52,945 nucleotides of DNA from Candidatus Yanofskybacteria bacterium (GTDB taxonomy: Bacteria > Patescibacteriota > Minisyncoccia > 2-02-FULL-40-12 > IGHO2-01-FULL-4-A). The stretch covers positions 73,718 through 126,662 of the forward strand of contig JACOZV010000004.1 of the NCBI GenBank assembly GCA_016181175.1. Direction: 5' to 3'. This document shows, piece by piece, positions 8,353 to 17,454 of the stretch (position 1 is the first letter of the stretch; every line of letters starts with the position of its first letter). A program made the position numbers and the translations under genes. The notes beneath the pieces are model-generated. The model was not told where the DNA came from, searched no databases, and saw only the letters and a list, made by a program, of their open reading frames with translations.

Positions 8353-9246
8353 TCACATCTTCATCCCGCGTAAAATTCTGATTCTTTCCTCAAGAGGCGG
8401 ATGGGTGCTGAACAATTTTGCCAACCAATTAGTACCTTCCTTTCCCTTGAACGGCGATGAAATAAAAAGATGGGCCGTGGCATTGTGGGCATGTTTGAGG
8501 TGGGAGTGATCATTACCGATTTTTTCAAGAGCAGAAGCCAAACCATCTGGAAAACGGGTCAGCAAAGCGCCTGAAGCATCAGCAAGATATTCGCGCTTCC
8601 GAGAAACAGCCAGGTGAATAAGTGTTGAAGCCAACGGAGCCAGAATCGCTACGAACAAACCAACAAAGAGCAATATACCGCTACCGCGATTGTCGTCGTC
8701 GTGTCCGCCCCAAAAACTCACTCGCAAAAACCAGTCGGCGACAATCGCCATTACGCCCGCTAAAACCACGACAACCGTTGAAACCAATATATCGCGATTG
8801 CCAATATGAGATAACTCATGGGCTAAAACACCCTCCAATTCTTCGTTCTGCAACTTCTCTAAAGCGCCGGCCGTAACCGCAATGGCGGCATGTTTGGGAT
8901 CGCGACCAGTGGCAAAAGCATTAATTTGCGGGGAATCAATTTTATAAACCTTCGGCATGGGCAAGCCAGCAGTAATAGATAGGTTTTCAATCATGCGATG
9001 TAGATATAAGTCTTCTTCGCGCTTTGTTGGTTTGGCTCCCGACATGGATAAAGCAATTTTGGCCGAGTTCCAGTAGGCAACAACGTTCATTACTATTGCC
9101 AAAATAATCGCAAAATACAGAATCTGAGGCGCTTGCAAAAAATAGCCGGCCAGCCAACCCAACCCAATTATTAAAATCAAAAACATTGTTATCAACAACC
9201 ATGTTTTACGTATATTTGAATCTTTTTGTTGGTAGAGATTAATCAT
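8353..9246 (-). CDS. htpX: Zinc metalloprotease HtpX (peptidase M48)
   Basis: 297 aa, multiple TM segments, HELSHIGNRD (HExxH) motif, typical HtpX N-terminus. Confidence 0.9.
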   Translation of the reverse strand: MINLYQQKDSNIRKTWLLITMFLILIIGLGWLAGYFLQAPQILYFAIILAIVMNVVAYWNSAKIALSMSGAKPTKREEDLYLHRMIENLSITAGLPMPKVYKIDSPQINAFATGRDPKHAAIAVTAGALEKLQNEELEGVLAHELSHIGNRDILVSTVVVVLAGVMAIVADWFLRVSFWGGHDDDNRGSGILLFVGLFVAILAPLASTLIHLAVSRKREYLADASGALLTRFPDGLASALEKIGNDHSHLKHAHNATAHLFISSPFKGKEGTNWLAKLFSTHPPLEERIRILRGMKM

Positions 9247-10877
9247 TTACTGGCTGCGGCTTTGATAAAACTTCTGAATATCGGGTGCGGGTTGAACGGG
9301 CGAGATTTAAGTTCGGGGTGGAATTGAGTGGCAACAAAAAATTTATGTTTCGGCAATTCTATAATTTCCACCAGGTTTTTATCGGGATTAATCCCCGATC
9401 TTATCAAACCCCCTTTCTCAAGTTCGTCCAGGTATTTATTGTTGACCTCATACCTGTGCCGGTGCCGCTCACAAATCATGTCTGAACCAAATATTTTGTG
9501 CGCCAACGTGCCGTTTTTTATTTCACAAACATAGCCGCCAAGCCGCATCGTACCACCTAGATTTTTGTTTGCAATGTTAGCTAATTGTTCACTCATTGTG
9601 CAAATTACCGGGTGTGCTGTCTCCGGTTTTATCTCGGTAGTATGCGCTCCTTTCAGGCCACAGACATTCCTGGCAAATTCAACAACAGCAAGTTGCAAAC
9701 CATAACATAAGCCCAGAAAAGGAATATTCCTGGTTCGCGCAAAATTTATGACTTTAATTTTGCCCTCAACGCCACGCGAACCAAATCCACCGGGTACAAC
9801 TATCCCGTCAAATTCCTTTAACCGTGCCAAGGCACGATTGCTTTTTTCATATTCTTCTGCATTAAGCCAAGTGATAACCGGCCTGCGATTATTGGCCCAA
9901 GCGGCGTGTTTGACTGCCTCTATGACCGATATGTAAGAATCAGCAAGAATAAAATCACCGCTTGCAAAATATTTTCCGACTATGCCTATTTTTACCGGCA
10001 TTAGTTTTTTATTTCTAATTTTATTTACCAGATTTTTCCATTTGAAAAAGTCCTTTTTTGCGCCAGTCAGGCCAAAATGGCCTAAAATTCTTAGACCCAG
10101 CTTGTCTTTTTCAAAATTGACGGGTATCTCATAAATTGATTCGACATCCGGTGCAGATATTATATCTTGCTCCGCCACACCGCAAAAAACGGATATTTTT
10201 TTCTTGCGTTCACTGTCTAGCGAAACTGATGATCTGGCAATAACCATATCCGGCTGTATGCCGGACATATTGAGGGTACGGACCGCATATTGAGTTGGCT
10301 TGGTCTTCATTTCGCCAACCATCTGCGGTATCGGCAAATAGCTCACCAGCAAAAACAAAACATTAGCCGATTCGGCAAGTTTCAACATTCTAGCGGCTTC
10401 AAGAAACAGGAGGTTCTGATACTCACCCACCGTTCCGCCTATTTCCACAAGGACAAAATCAGCCCTATTCAGTCTGGCTGCGTTTTTAATCCTACTTATG
10501 ACCTCATTGGGTACGTCCGGAACGACCTCTACACATCTTCCGCCATATTCAAGATTCCTTTCCTTTTGAATTACCGCCTGATAAACAGAACCGGTAGTCA
10601 TATAATTGGTCTTCAGAATATTTTGATCCAAAAATCTTTCGTAATTCCCTATGTCCTGATCGCATTCTAAGCCATCTTCGGTAACAAAAACTTCTCCGTG
10701 TTCAACCGGGTTCATGGTTCCAGCATCTACGTTTATGTATGGGTCAATTTTTACGGCTGTTACGGAAAAGCCGTATTCCTTAAGAATACGGCCTATGGAC
10801 GCGGTTGCCACGCCCTTGCCCACGCCGGACATCACTCCCCCGGCTACAAATATGTATTTGGTTTTATTTGAAGTCAT
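9243..10877 (-). CDS. pyrG: CTP synthase
   Basis: KYIFVAGGVMSGVGKG N-terminus and a glutamine amidotransferase domain (GLCYGLQ...HRHRYEVN). The ATG at 10877 is preferred over the track GTG at 10892. Confidence 0.95.
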   Translation of the reverse strand: MTSNKTKYIFVAGGVMSGVGKGVATASIGRILKEYGFSVTAVKIDPYINVDAGTMNPVEHGEVFVTEDGLECDQDIGNYERFLDQNILKTNYMTTGSVYQAVIQKERNLEYGGRCVEVVPDVPNEVISRIKNAARLNRADFVLVEIGGTVGEYQNLLFLEAARMLKLAESANVLFLLVSYLPIPQMVGEMKTKPTQYAVRTLNMSGIQPDMVIARSSVSLDSERKKKISVFCGVAEQDIISAPDVESIYEIPVNFEKDKLGLRILGHFGLTGAKKDFFKWKNLVNKIRNKKLMPVKIGIVGKYFASGDFILADSYISVIEAVKHAAWANNRRPVITWLNAEEYEKSNRALARLKEFDGIVVPGGFGSRGVEGKIKVINFARTRNIPFLGLCYGLQLAVVEFARNVCGLKGAHTTEIKPETAHPVICTMSEQLANIANKNLGGTMRLGGYVCEIKNGTLAHKIFGSDMICERHRHRYEVNNKYLDELEKGGLIRSGINPDKNLVEIIELPKHKFFVATQFHPELKSRPFNPHPIFRSFIKAAASK

Positions 10878-10898
10878 AAAAGTTATCTGCACAAACTA

Positions 10899-11090
10899 TC
10901 AAAAATTACAAACCCCAAGCCGATACCAATCGGCGGTTTTTATCGTTCGCAAATTAACAAGATAGACTTCCAGCGAAGCGAGTTTCCCGGCGGAGGCGCG
11001 CGCGTTTTGCGCCTGTCCCGAAGGGCCAGCAAAACACGCGCGCGTAGCCGGAAAATAAACTATTTTGCTGTTTCAGTTTGTAATTTTTGA
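10899..11090 (+). repeat. TIR-bounded structured intergenic element, copy A (MITE-like)
   Basis: Starts TCAAAAATTACAAACC and ends GTTTGTAATTTTTGA. Hairpin 1 is GCCGAT-acca-ATCGGC. Hairpin 2 is at 10987-11051. No ORF. Its hairpin/TIR parts are near-identical to copy C. Confidence 0.75.
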
Positions 11091-11095
11091 TGAAA

Positions 11096-11650
11096 TTAAA
11101 AGCTAACCTTCACCGGTTCTTTTTCGGCGGAATTGCCAAGCTCGAAAAACTGTTCTTTTTTAAATCCGAACATTGAGGCAACCATATTGGTCGGGACCTG
11201 CTCAATCTTGGTATTGAGGGTCAGAACATTGGTATTGTAGAATCGACGAGCAGCTTGGATTTTATTTTCGGTATCGGACAATTCATCCTGCAATTTAGCA
11301 AAATTCTCCGAAGCGCGCAGAGTCGGGTATGCTTCGGTCAAAGCAAAAAGATTCTTAAGGGCACCTGACAGTATATTCTCGGCTTGACCGTGCTCGGCCA
11401 CGCCATGCGCTCCCATAGCGGCAGAACGCGCCTTTATCACTCTTTCAAAAACATCTTTTTCGTGGCTAGCATAACCCTTTACGGTTTCAACAAGGTTTGG
11501 AATTAAGTCGTACCGCCTCTTTAACTGGACATCAATATCTGACCATGACTCTTTAACACGATTACGCGATCTGACTAGCGCGTTAAAAGCCCCGGCCAAC
11601 CACAAAACCACCACAGCCACGATTATTAAAATTATATATGTAATTGACAT
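11096..11650 (-). CDS. lemA: LemA family protein
   Basis: 184 aa. N-terminal TM segment plus LemA signature (RYDLIPNLVETVKGYA.HE...F..V..AR, RRFYN). Confidence 0.9.
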   Translation of the reverse strand: MSITYIILIIVAVVVLWLAGAFNALVRSRNRVKESWSDIDVQLKRRYDLIPNLVETVKGYASHEKDVFERVIKARSAAMGAHGVAEHGQAENILSGALKNLFALTEAYPTLRASENFAKLQDELSDTENKIQAARRFYNTNVLTLNTKIEQVPTNMVASMFGFKKEQFFELGNSAEKEPVKVSF

Positions 11651-11652
11651 AA

Positions 11653-12000
11653 TTAAGATTTGACAAAAACCGCGTTTTCTAATTTATCAACTCGCTTTTT
11701 AACCTGCTTAATTTCTCTGTTTAGCGACACATCCAAATTTTCTACCTTATTTACCACTCCGATAAGCTCTGATTCTATACGATCAACCTTGTTTTCAAGA
11801 ACATCAAACCTGCCGTCCATATCCTCAAATCTCTTATCTATCTGCCCAAATCTTTTATCTACTTGCCCAAATCTTTTATCTACTTGCTCAAATCTTTTAT
11901 CTACTTGCTCAAATCTCTTATCTACAGCATTAAAACCATTGCCTACCATTAGGGCCAATTTATCTAAAGTCATTTTGCCTTTTTTATTTTTCTCTGCCAT
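11653..12000 (-). CDS. Small coiled-coil protein with tandem heptad repeats (VDKRFEQ)x5
   Basis: The ATG at 12000 (MAEKNKKGKMTLDKL...) avoids overlap with fusA. Sequence AVDKRFEQVDKRFEQVDKRFGQVDKRFGQIDKRFEDMDGRFDV is followed by coiled-coil sequence. Function unknown. Confidence 0.55.
   Translation of the reverse strand: MAEKNKKGKMTLDKLALMVGNGFNAVDKRFEQVDKRFEQVDKRFGQVDKRFGQIDKRFEDMDGRFDVLENKVDRIESELIGVVNKVENLDVSLNREIKQVKKRVDKLENAVFVKS
11826..11930. repeat. 21-bp tandem repeat x5 (coding, heptad repeats)
   Basis: CAAATCT(C/T)TTATCTA(C/T)(T/C)TGC(C/T) repeated head-to-tail five times. Copies 3 and 4 are identical. Confidence 0.85.
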
Positions 12001-12037
12001 TACAATTAACCTTAACAAAAAGGAGTGTGTCGTGCAA

Positions 12038-14146
12038 CTATTTTTTGCCTTCTTTAATTTGCTCGGCGATATTATTCGGGACTTCTTCATAATGGTCAAA
12101 CTCCATCGTGTAAGTCCCCCTGCCTTCGCTAAGAGAGCGGATTGTGGTGGCATAACCAAACATTTCCGAGAGAGGAACCTTGGCATCAATCACCTTGAGG
12201 TTGAGCGGTGAACGGTCGGACATCTGTTCAATTCTGCCTCGGCGTGAGTTAAGATCGCCTGTGGCCTCACCCAAGAATTTGTCTGGCACAATGACTTCAA
12301 CTTTCATAATCGGTTCTAGCAATACTGGTTTGGCGCGTCTTGTGGCTTCCTGCAATCCCATGACTGCGGCAATCTTAAAGGCAATTTCTGAAGAATCCAC
12401 TTCATGGTAGGTGCCGTCATATAAAGTAACTTTTAAATCAACCAAAGGATAACCGGCTATCACGCCCTTATCCAACGCTTCATGAACACCCTTCTCAACG
12501 GCAGGGATAAATTCCTGCGGGATAACACCACTTCTGATCGCATCAACAAATTCAAAACCACCGCCACGCTCCTGCGGTTCAACTCGCAACCAAACATGAC
12601 CGTATTGACCACGTCCGCCCGACTGTCTGATATATTTACCCTCTGCTTGGGCTGTTTCCCTGATTGTTTCTTTATAAGCAACCTGGGGGCGGCCCACATT
12701 GGCACCAACACTAAACTCCCGTTTCATACGATCAACAATAATATCCAAATGTAATTCGCCCATGCCAGAAATTATTGTTTCAGCTGTCTCCTCGTCTGTC
12801 TTTATCCTAAATGTCGGATCCTCGTCCGAAAGCTTCTTGAGTGCCAAACTCATTTTTTCCTGGTCTGCTTTTGTTTTGGGCTCTATACGCAAAGAAATAA
12901 CCGGCTCCGGAAAAACTATTTTTTCAAGAATAATAGAATTGTTCTGATCGCAAAGCGTATCTCCGGTTTTGGTCGCCTTGAGTCCCACCGTAGCCGCAAT
13001 TCCTCCTGTAAAAACTTCTTTTATTTCCTCACGGTCATTGGCACGCATACGAAGGATTCTTCCAATTCTTTCTTGTTGACCAGTAGAACTATTTAGAACA
13101 TAGGAACCAGCAATAAGCACGCCTGAATAGACTCTAAAAAATGTTAGTTGACCAACATATGGATCAGTAGCAACCTTGAAGGCTAGCGCAGAGAACGGAG
13201 CAGCATCACTTGGTTCACGGCTAAGCTCGCTGCTAGTTTTGGGATCAATTCCTTTGACTGGCGGTTTGTCTACGGGTGAAGGCAGATAATCCACGACACC
13301 ATCCAAAACAAACTGCACGCCCTTATCACGCAAAGCCGAACCAGCAAAAACGGGCACTAGCTTATTTTCAATTGTTGCCTTACGCAAAATCTTCTTAAGT
13401 CGTTCGGTTGTAATTTCTTTGCCTTCAAGATATTCAGACATTGTCTCATCGTCATGTTCAACAATTTTCTCAATTAACTCGGCTCTCAATAATTCTGCTC
13501 GCTTGCGCAGGTCTTCAGATGGTATTTCAGCCTCAACGACACGCTCTCCGTGCTCACCCTCAAATCTGAAATACTTCATATCAAGAAGATTAACGACACC
13601 CTGGAATTGATCCTCTTCACCGTCGGGAATCTGCACACGAACAGCATTAGGCGTTAGACGCTCAAGAATTGATCTATAGGAACGGTCGAAAGATGCACCA
13701 AGACGATCCAGCTTATTTATAAAACAAATTCTTGGCACGCCGTATTCATCGGCATAACGCCAATTTGTTTCCGATTGCGGTTCTACGCCGGCAACGCCGT
13801 CAAAAACGACAACTGCACCGTCAAGAACGCGCAATGATCGCTTTACCTCAACCGTAAAATCTATATGGCCCGGCGTATCTATAATATTAATACGATGCTC
13901 GGTGTCTTTGTTTTTGGTCATACCGGTCGGCACCCAATAGCAAGTAACCGCGGCGGCGGTAATGGTAATACCGCGCTCACGCTCTTGTTCCATCCAATCG
14001 GTTACGGTTTCGCCCTCGTGTACCTCTCCGATTTTGTGAGATACGCCGGTGTAAAACAAAACGCGCTCGGTAACAGTAGTTTTGCCGGCGTCAATGTGAG
14101 CTATTATTCCAATGTTTCTAATTTTTTCTATTAAAAAATCTGCCAT
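12038..14146 (-). CDS. fusA: Translation elongation factor G
   Basis: 702 aa. [10 protein letters not shown]1 motif, DTPGH, NKLD, and full EF-G domain order. Confidence 0.95.
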   Translation of the reverse strand: MADFLIEKIRNIGIIAHIDAGKTTVTERVLFYTGVSHKIGEVHEGETVTDWMEQERERGITITAAAVTCYWVPTGMTKNKDTEHRINIIDTPGHIDFTVEVKRSLRVLDGAVVVFDGVAGVEPQSETNWRYADEYGVPRICFINKLDRLGASFDRSYRSILERLTPNAVRVQIPDGEEDQFQGVVNLLDMKYFRFEGEHGERVVEAEIPSEDLRKRAELLRAELIEKIVEHDDETMSEYLEGKEITTERLKKILRKATIENKLVPVFAGSALRDKGVQFVLDGVVDYLPSPVDKPPVKGIDPKTSSELSREPSDAAPFSALAFKVATDPYVGQLTFFRVYSGVLIAGSYVLNSSTGQQERIGRILRMRANDREEIKEVFTGGIAATVGLKATKTGDTLCDQNNSIILEKIVFPEPVISLRIEPKTKADQEKMSLALKKLSDEDPTFRIKTDEETAETIISGMGELHLDIIVDRMKREFSVGANVGRPQVAYKETIRETAQAEGKYIRQSGGRGQYGHVWLRVEPQERGGGFEFVDAIRSGVIPQEFIPAVEKGVHEALDKGVIAGYPLVDLKVTLYDGTYHEVDSSEIAFKIAAVMGLQEATRRAKPVLLEPIMKVEVIVPDKFLGEATGDLNSRRGRIEQMSDRSPLNLKVIDAKVPLSEMFGYATTIRSLSEGRGTYTMEFDHYEEVPNNIAEQIKEGKK

Positions 14147-14360
14147 TGATTTTTGATTTACTGTAAAAATAAAGAAAAAAGCTATAAAGCCATGGGGCTA
14201 TATAGCCATAGTGCCTCTTTTAATAGTAGCAAATCCAGCGATTGAGTCAATTTTTCTAAAGGTTAGAAAAATAAACTGAAAACAACCCGTCAGAAATTTA
14301 ATGACCTTATGGGCATTTTTGTTGCAAAAAATAAATACGTGTGTTAAATTGCTAGTTATT

Positions 14361-14636
14361 ATGCCAATAACTAAGTCGGCCCAAAAGGCCCTAAGGCAAT
14401 CAAAAAGAAGAAAACTTCAGAACTCCAGGCGGAAAACAAAATTCCGCTCTTTGGTTAAGGAATTCAGACAGACTGTCGCAGCAAAGGATTTTGATAAGGC
14501 AAAACAGATATTGCCGGCAGTTTACAAGGCGCTAGACAAGGCTGCCAAAACAAATGCCATTAAAAAAAATAGGGCCAGTCGATTGAAATCCAGGCTAACA
14601 AAATCATTAAGCCAAAATAAAAAAACTCCGAGCTAA
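14361..14636 (+). CDS. rpsT: 30S ribosomal protein S20
   Basis: MPITKSAQKALRQSKRRKLQNSRRKT... is a typical S20 N-terminus. The ATG at 14361 is preferred over the track start at 14301. Confidence 0.9.
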   Translation: MPITKSAQKALRQSKRRKLQNSRRKTKFRSLVKEFRQTVAAKDFDKAKQILPAVYKALDKAAKTNAIKKNRASRLKSRLTKSLSQNKKTPS

Positions 14637-14651
14637 ACTCGGAGTTTTTTT
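14621..14651. terminator. Intrinsic terminator between convergent rpsT and the 14665 gene
   Basis: A-run, CTCCGAG-ctaaa-CTCGGAG, T-run. The rpsT stop codon lies in the loop. Confidence 0.7.
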
Positions 14652-14664
14652 ATTTACTGGCCAT

Positions 14665-15216
14665 TTAAGGAGTTGCTGTGGGAGTCGGCGATCCGGCAGG
14701 ACTTACCGACGGACTAAAGGTTGGCATTGGTTTGTTGGCCCTACACGCCTTATAAGTCCTCTCTGCAAGTTTCCATGCATTTTCTGCGGCTTTTTTATCT
14801 AAGGCAAATTTAACTTGAATGGTTTTCTTGGCAGTCTGGTATTTCTTCTTGGCATCCTTGCTTTTGTCGGAAGCATTCCAGGCAGCACGCGCGGTTTCCA
14901 TTGATGCTAAGTATTCCTTTCGCGCTCCTTCCTTGGCATTTTTCCAGGCTTGTCTTGCCCTCTCAAACGGTTCTTTGCAAGATTCTTTTCTGGCTTTCTC
15001 AACTCGTTTTTGTTCCTTTTTGACCTCGGCTTCCAGCTTTTTTTCTTCTGCCTTAACACGACCCCTGTTTTCGTCTGACTTGGGAGTTTTACTGGGAGTG
15101 GGACTGACAATTACAGTTGGAGTCGAAGTCGGCGTTGGGCTTACGTCATCTGCAAAAGCCGTAAATGCCGAAAACGCAATCGCCAACGAAACGGTCGTTG
15201 AAACTACTCTCTTCAT
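14665..15216 (-). CDS. Secreted Lys/Ala-rich hypothetical protein
   Basis: Signal-peptide-like N-terminus (MKRVVSTTVSLAIAFSAFTAFA), Pro/Thr/Ser linkers at both ends and a charged helical core. I recognise no family. Confidence 0.55.
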   Translation of the reverse strand: MKRVVSTTVSLAIAFSAFTAFADDVSPTPTSTPTVIVSPTPSKTPKSDENRGRVKAEEKKLEAEVKKEQKRVEKARKESCKEPFERARQAWKNAKEGARKEYLASMETARAAWNASDKSKDAKKKYQTAKKTIQVKFALDKKAAENAWKLAERTYKACRANKPMPTFSPSVSPAGSPTPTATP

Positions 15217-15402
15217 AAATCTTAAAAATGGTCTGGGAATTTGAACTAATCAGCCAAGCTGATTGGTTATTCAAAACCTAAACCGATTGATTAGTTTACT
15301 TAAAACTCGCGGTTTCTCGACGCAACCGCTATGTTTAATTATAGCAGTAAACCAAGCGGTGGCAAAGCATGTTGAAAACAGCCAAAAGTAGGAAAGATAG
15401 TC

Positions 15403-16497
15403 CTATCCGTGCCTGGAAATGTTTAAAACGATTCCCAAACCGGCCATAATAGATACCAAAGCCGAACTGCCAAAACTTATAAATGGCAAAGGCAGTCCTG
15501 TAAGCGGAATCATGCCGGAGATGGCAAATATATTAATAAGCGCTTGGCCGCAAACCCAAGTTGTTACGCCCAGAACCAGCAGTTCGCCGAATTGATTGCT
15601 TACGGTCTTGGCAATATTTATCATGGCTAGCGACAAGGCCAAAAACAGCGAGAGAAGAAAAGCCCCGCCAACAAGGCCAAGCTCTTCAACAACTATCGCG
15701 AAAATTGAGTCGCCTACCGGTTCGGGAAGGAAATTTATTTTTTGTCGGCTTTGGCCGAACCCCAAGCCAAAAATACCGCCGGAACCTATTCCCAGAAGAG
15801 CCTGGTTAATATGATAAGAAGTATCTTGTTTATCGGACGAAGGATTAAAAAAGGCCTTAAGTCGGTCAAATCTATACGGCTCAACGACCGATAGCGCGCC
15901 AAGTAAAATACCCGCGACTAGAATTAAAACAACAAAGTGAGAAAATTTGGCGCCTGCAAAAAAGTACATTGACAAAGCAATTAAGGCAACCAAAACCAAC
16001 GTTCCCATATCCGGTTGGGATAATAGCAAAACACCAACGAAACCAAGCACCAACAGAAACGGGGCCAATGATTGTATCCTTTCTCCTATTCGTCCGTCTC
16101 GCCTGCTGAACCATGCGGCCAGATAAATAACAAGTGAGAGCTTCAGCACCTCCGAAGGTTGGAATGTAAAAATTTTTAGATCCAACCACCTTTGCGCCCC
16201 TCTCAAGCCATAGCCGATACCCGGCACGAAAACCAACACCATCAAACCGATTACCGCAACCAAAAGTGGCAAAGCAATTTTTTTCCAAAATTTGTAATTT
16301 ATCCTGGAAAAAAGTAAAAAGAGGGCCAAACCAGGCAAAACACCATAGAGAAACTGGTGGAGAAAATAGTAAGAAGGCGAACCGAAGCGTTTCTGTCCTT
16401 CAACTACGCCAGCGGAAGAAAGCATAACCAAACCAAAAACAATCAGAATAAAAACCAGTATCGTCAAGGTTTTACCAGATTTGGAAATCTGCATCAT
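15403..16497 (-). CDS. ftsW: SEDS-family peptidoglycan glycosyltransferase (FtsW/RodA)
   Basis: 364 aa with about 10 TM segments and typical FtsW/RodA motifs (QPSE..K, PDMGT, LPEP.GDSIFA). The FtsW versus RodA assignment is uncertain. Confidence 0.85.
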   Translation of the reverse strand: MMQISKSGKTLTILVFILIVFGLVMLSSAGVVEGQKRFGSPSYYFLHQFLYGVLPGLALFLLFSRINYKFWKKIALPLLVAVIGLMVLVFVPGIGYGLRGAQRWLDLKIFTFQPSEVLKLSLVIYLAAWFSRRDGRIGERIQSLAPFLLVLGFVGVLLLSQPDMGTLVLVALIALSMYFFAGAKFSHFVVLILVAGILLGALSVVEPYRFDRLKAFFNPSSDKQDTSYHINQALLGIGSGGIFGLGFGQSRQKINFLPEPVGDSIFAIVVEELGLVGGAFLLSLFLALSLAMINIAKTVSNQFGELLVLGVTTWVCGQALINIFAISGMIPLTGLPLPFISFGSSALVSIMAGLGIVLNISRHG

Positions 16498-16513
16498 GGT
16501 AGAGGCCGATTTA

Positions 16514-16713
16514 TTAAAATTACAAACTTAACTGGTAGAAAAATTTATCTACCGGCTACGTGCACGTGTTTTGCTGGTCCTTCGGGACAGGCGCAAAACG
16601 CGCACGCCTCCACCGGTAAATAACATCCCCTTCTTAGTAATTATAAAAGTGATAAAAATCACCCCGACATCCGCCTGCTGGCGGAGTCGGGGGTTCCCGG
16701 TTTGTAATTTTAA
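16514..16713 (-). repeat. TIR-bounded structured intergenic element, copy B (opposite orientation to A and C)
   Basis: AAAATTACAAAC at 16516-16527 and GTTTGTAATTTT at 16700-16711. Hairpin 2 at 16552-16616 carries an apical C(TTCG)G at 16581-16584 on the + strand. Confidence 0.7.
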
Positions 16714-16833
16714 GGGGTCAGCCACAAAACATTACTAACTAAATTTTACGGCAAAATTCTGGTTTGGGAAAGATGGCTGAAAAAAACAAAAACCGCTTCC
16801 AGTGAAGCGGCATGACAGTAAAGACAAACAAGC

Positions 16834-17388
16834 CTAGCAGTCTCGTTTAACAGGAATAGGTTCCAGCCGTGGCTGGGGTGCAAATAGTCCTTCAACCCAT
16901 TTGCGAACCTTGCTTTTGCCGGGTGGAAGCGGGACAACCACCACAAAATAATTATAAATTGACAAGCCAATAAAAAAACCGACTCTGGCAACTACTTCTA
17001 GTATTAAGTAGCGGGTTTCATAAATATACAATGGCAAAAAAATAATTTCAAAAACTACCCAAGACAAACAGTAAATCCTGAACCAAAAATTATTTCTTTC
17101 TAGCTTTACAACTTCTGACGAAAAAAGGTTCTCTTCTGCTTTGTTGCATTTTTGAATCGAGGGACCAAATATCAAAACACTAAAGATAAGAATGGCTATA
17201 TCAAACATGTTGCTTTTAACCGTCAAAAAAGGTAAAAAATAATTTATAACCCGAACAAATGTTCCAAAAATGGCAAGAAAGATCCCCATTTTGGCAAAGA
17301 AATAGCATGTCAGCCCGGTTAATTTTTGGAACCAATGGCTGAATTTTGTAAGTTTTTCAATGATCTTACTATCCAGAGCTCGCAACAT
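16834..17388 (-). CDS. Hypothetical integral membrane protein
   Basis: 184-aa ORF with about 4 hydrophobic segments. No recognisable family. Confidence 0.45.
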   Translation of the reverse strand: MLRALDSKIIEKLTKFSHWFQKLTGLTCYFFAKMGIFLAIFGTFVRVINYFLPFLTVKSNMFDIAILIFSVLIFGPSIQKCNKAEENLFSSEVVKLERNNFWFRIYCLSWVVFEIIFLPLYIYETRYLILEVVARVGFFIGLSIYNYFVVVVPLPPGKSKVRKWVEGLFAPQPRLEPIPVKRDC

Positions 17389-17454
17389 CTCATCCCCCTA
17401 GCAACTTATAGATATAAGAATTATGCTAACATTTTATTAATTTATAGTCAAGTT

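Noticed and set aside
11826-11930. The 21-bp tandem repeats, and the other repeat families, as a possible CRISPR array.
   Set aside because: The units are contiguous with no spacers and lie in-frame inside an ORF. No cas genes are present and there is no repeat-spacer periodicity anywhere in the window.
11653-12189. Long N-terminal extensions given by the track for several ORFs: 11653..12189, 14301..14636, 45932..46291, 44140..45867, 26309..27895, 49359..50270 and 9243..10892.
   Set aside because: The extensions overlap the upstream gene or run through intergenic repeat elements. Internal ATG or GTG codons reproduce the canonical family N-termini, so shorter coordinates were used.
12180-14134. 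Multiple antisense ORFs inside fusA. Similar shadow ORFs occur inside dnaG, pyrG, aspS, ligA, gatA, pilB, pilC and the 817-aa gene.
   Set aside because: Each is fully embedded opposite, or out of frame to, a long ORF with unambiguous family motifs. They have low-complexity composition and no start context.
15247-15267. AATCAGC...GCTGATT palindromes upstream of the secreted Lys-rich gene (15247-15267) and a CCAATCAG...CTGATTTG pair upstream of the TonB_C gene (22085-22121), as a possible shared operator.
   Set aside because: Arm spacing differs (3 nt versus ~19 nt) and the shared core is only 6-7 nt. That is insufficient to claim a common regulatory motif.
16746-16991. Track ORF 16746..16991 (-) partly overlapping the 16834..17388 membrane-protein ORF.
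   Set aside because: It is in a different frame over the same DNA as the longer hydrophobic ORF and has no independent support.
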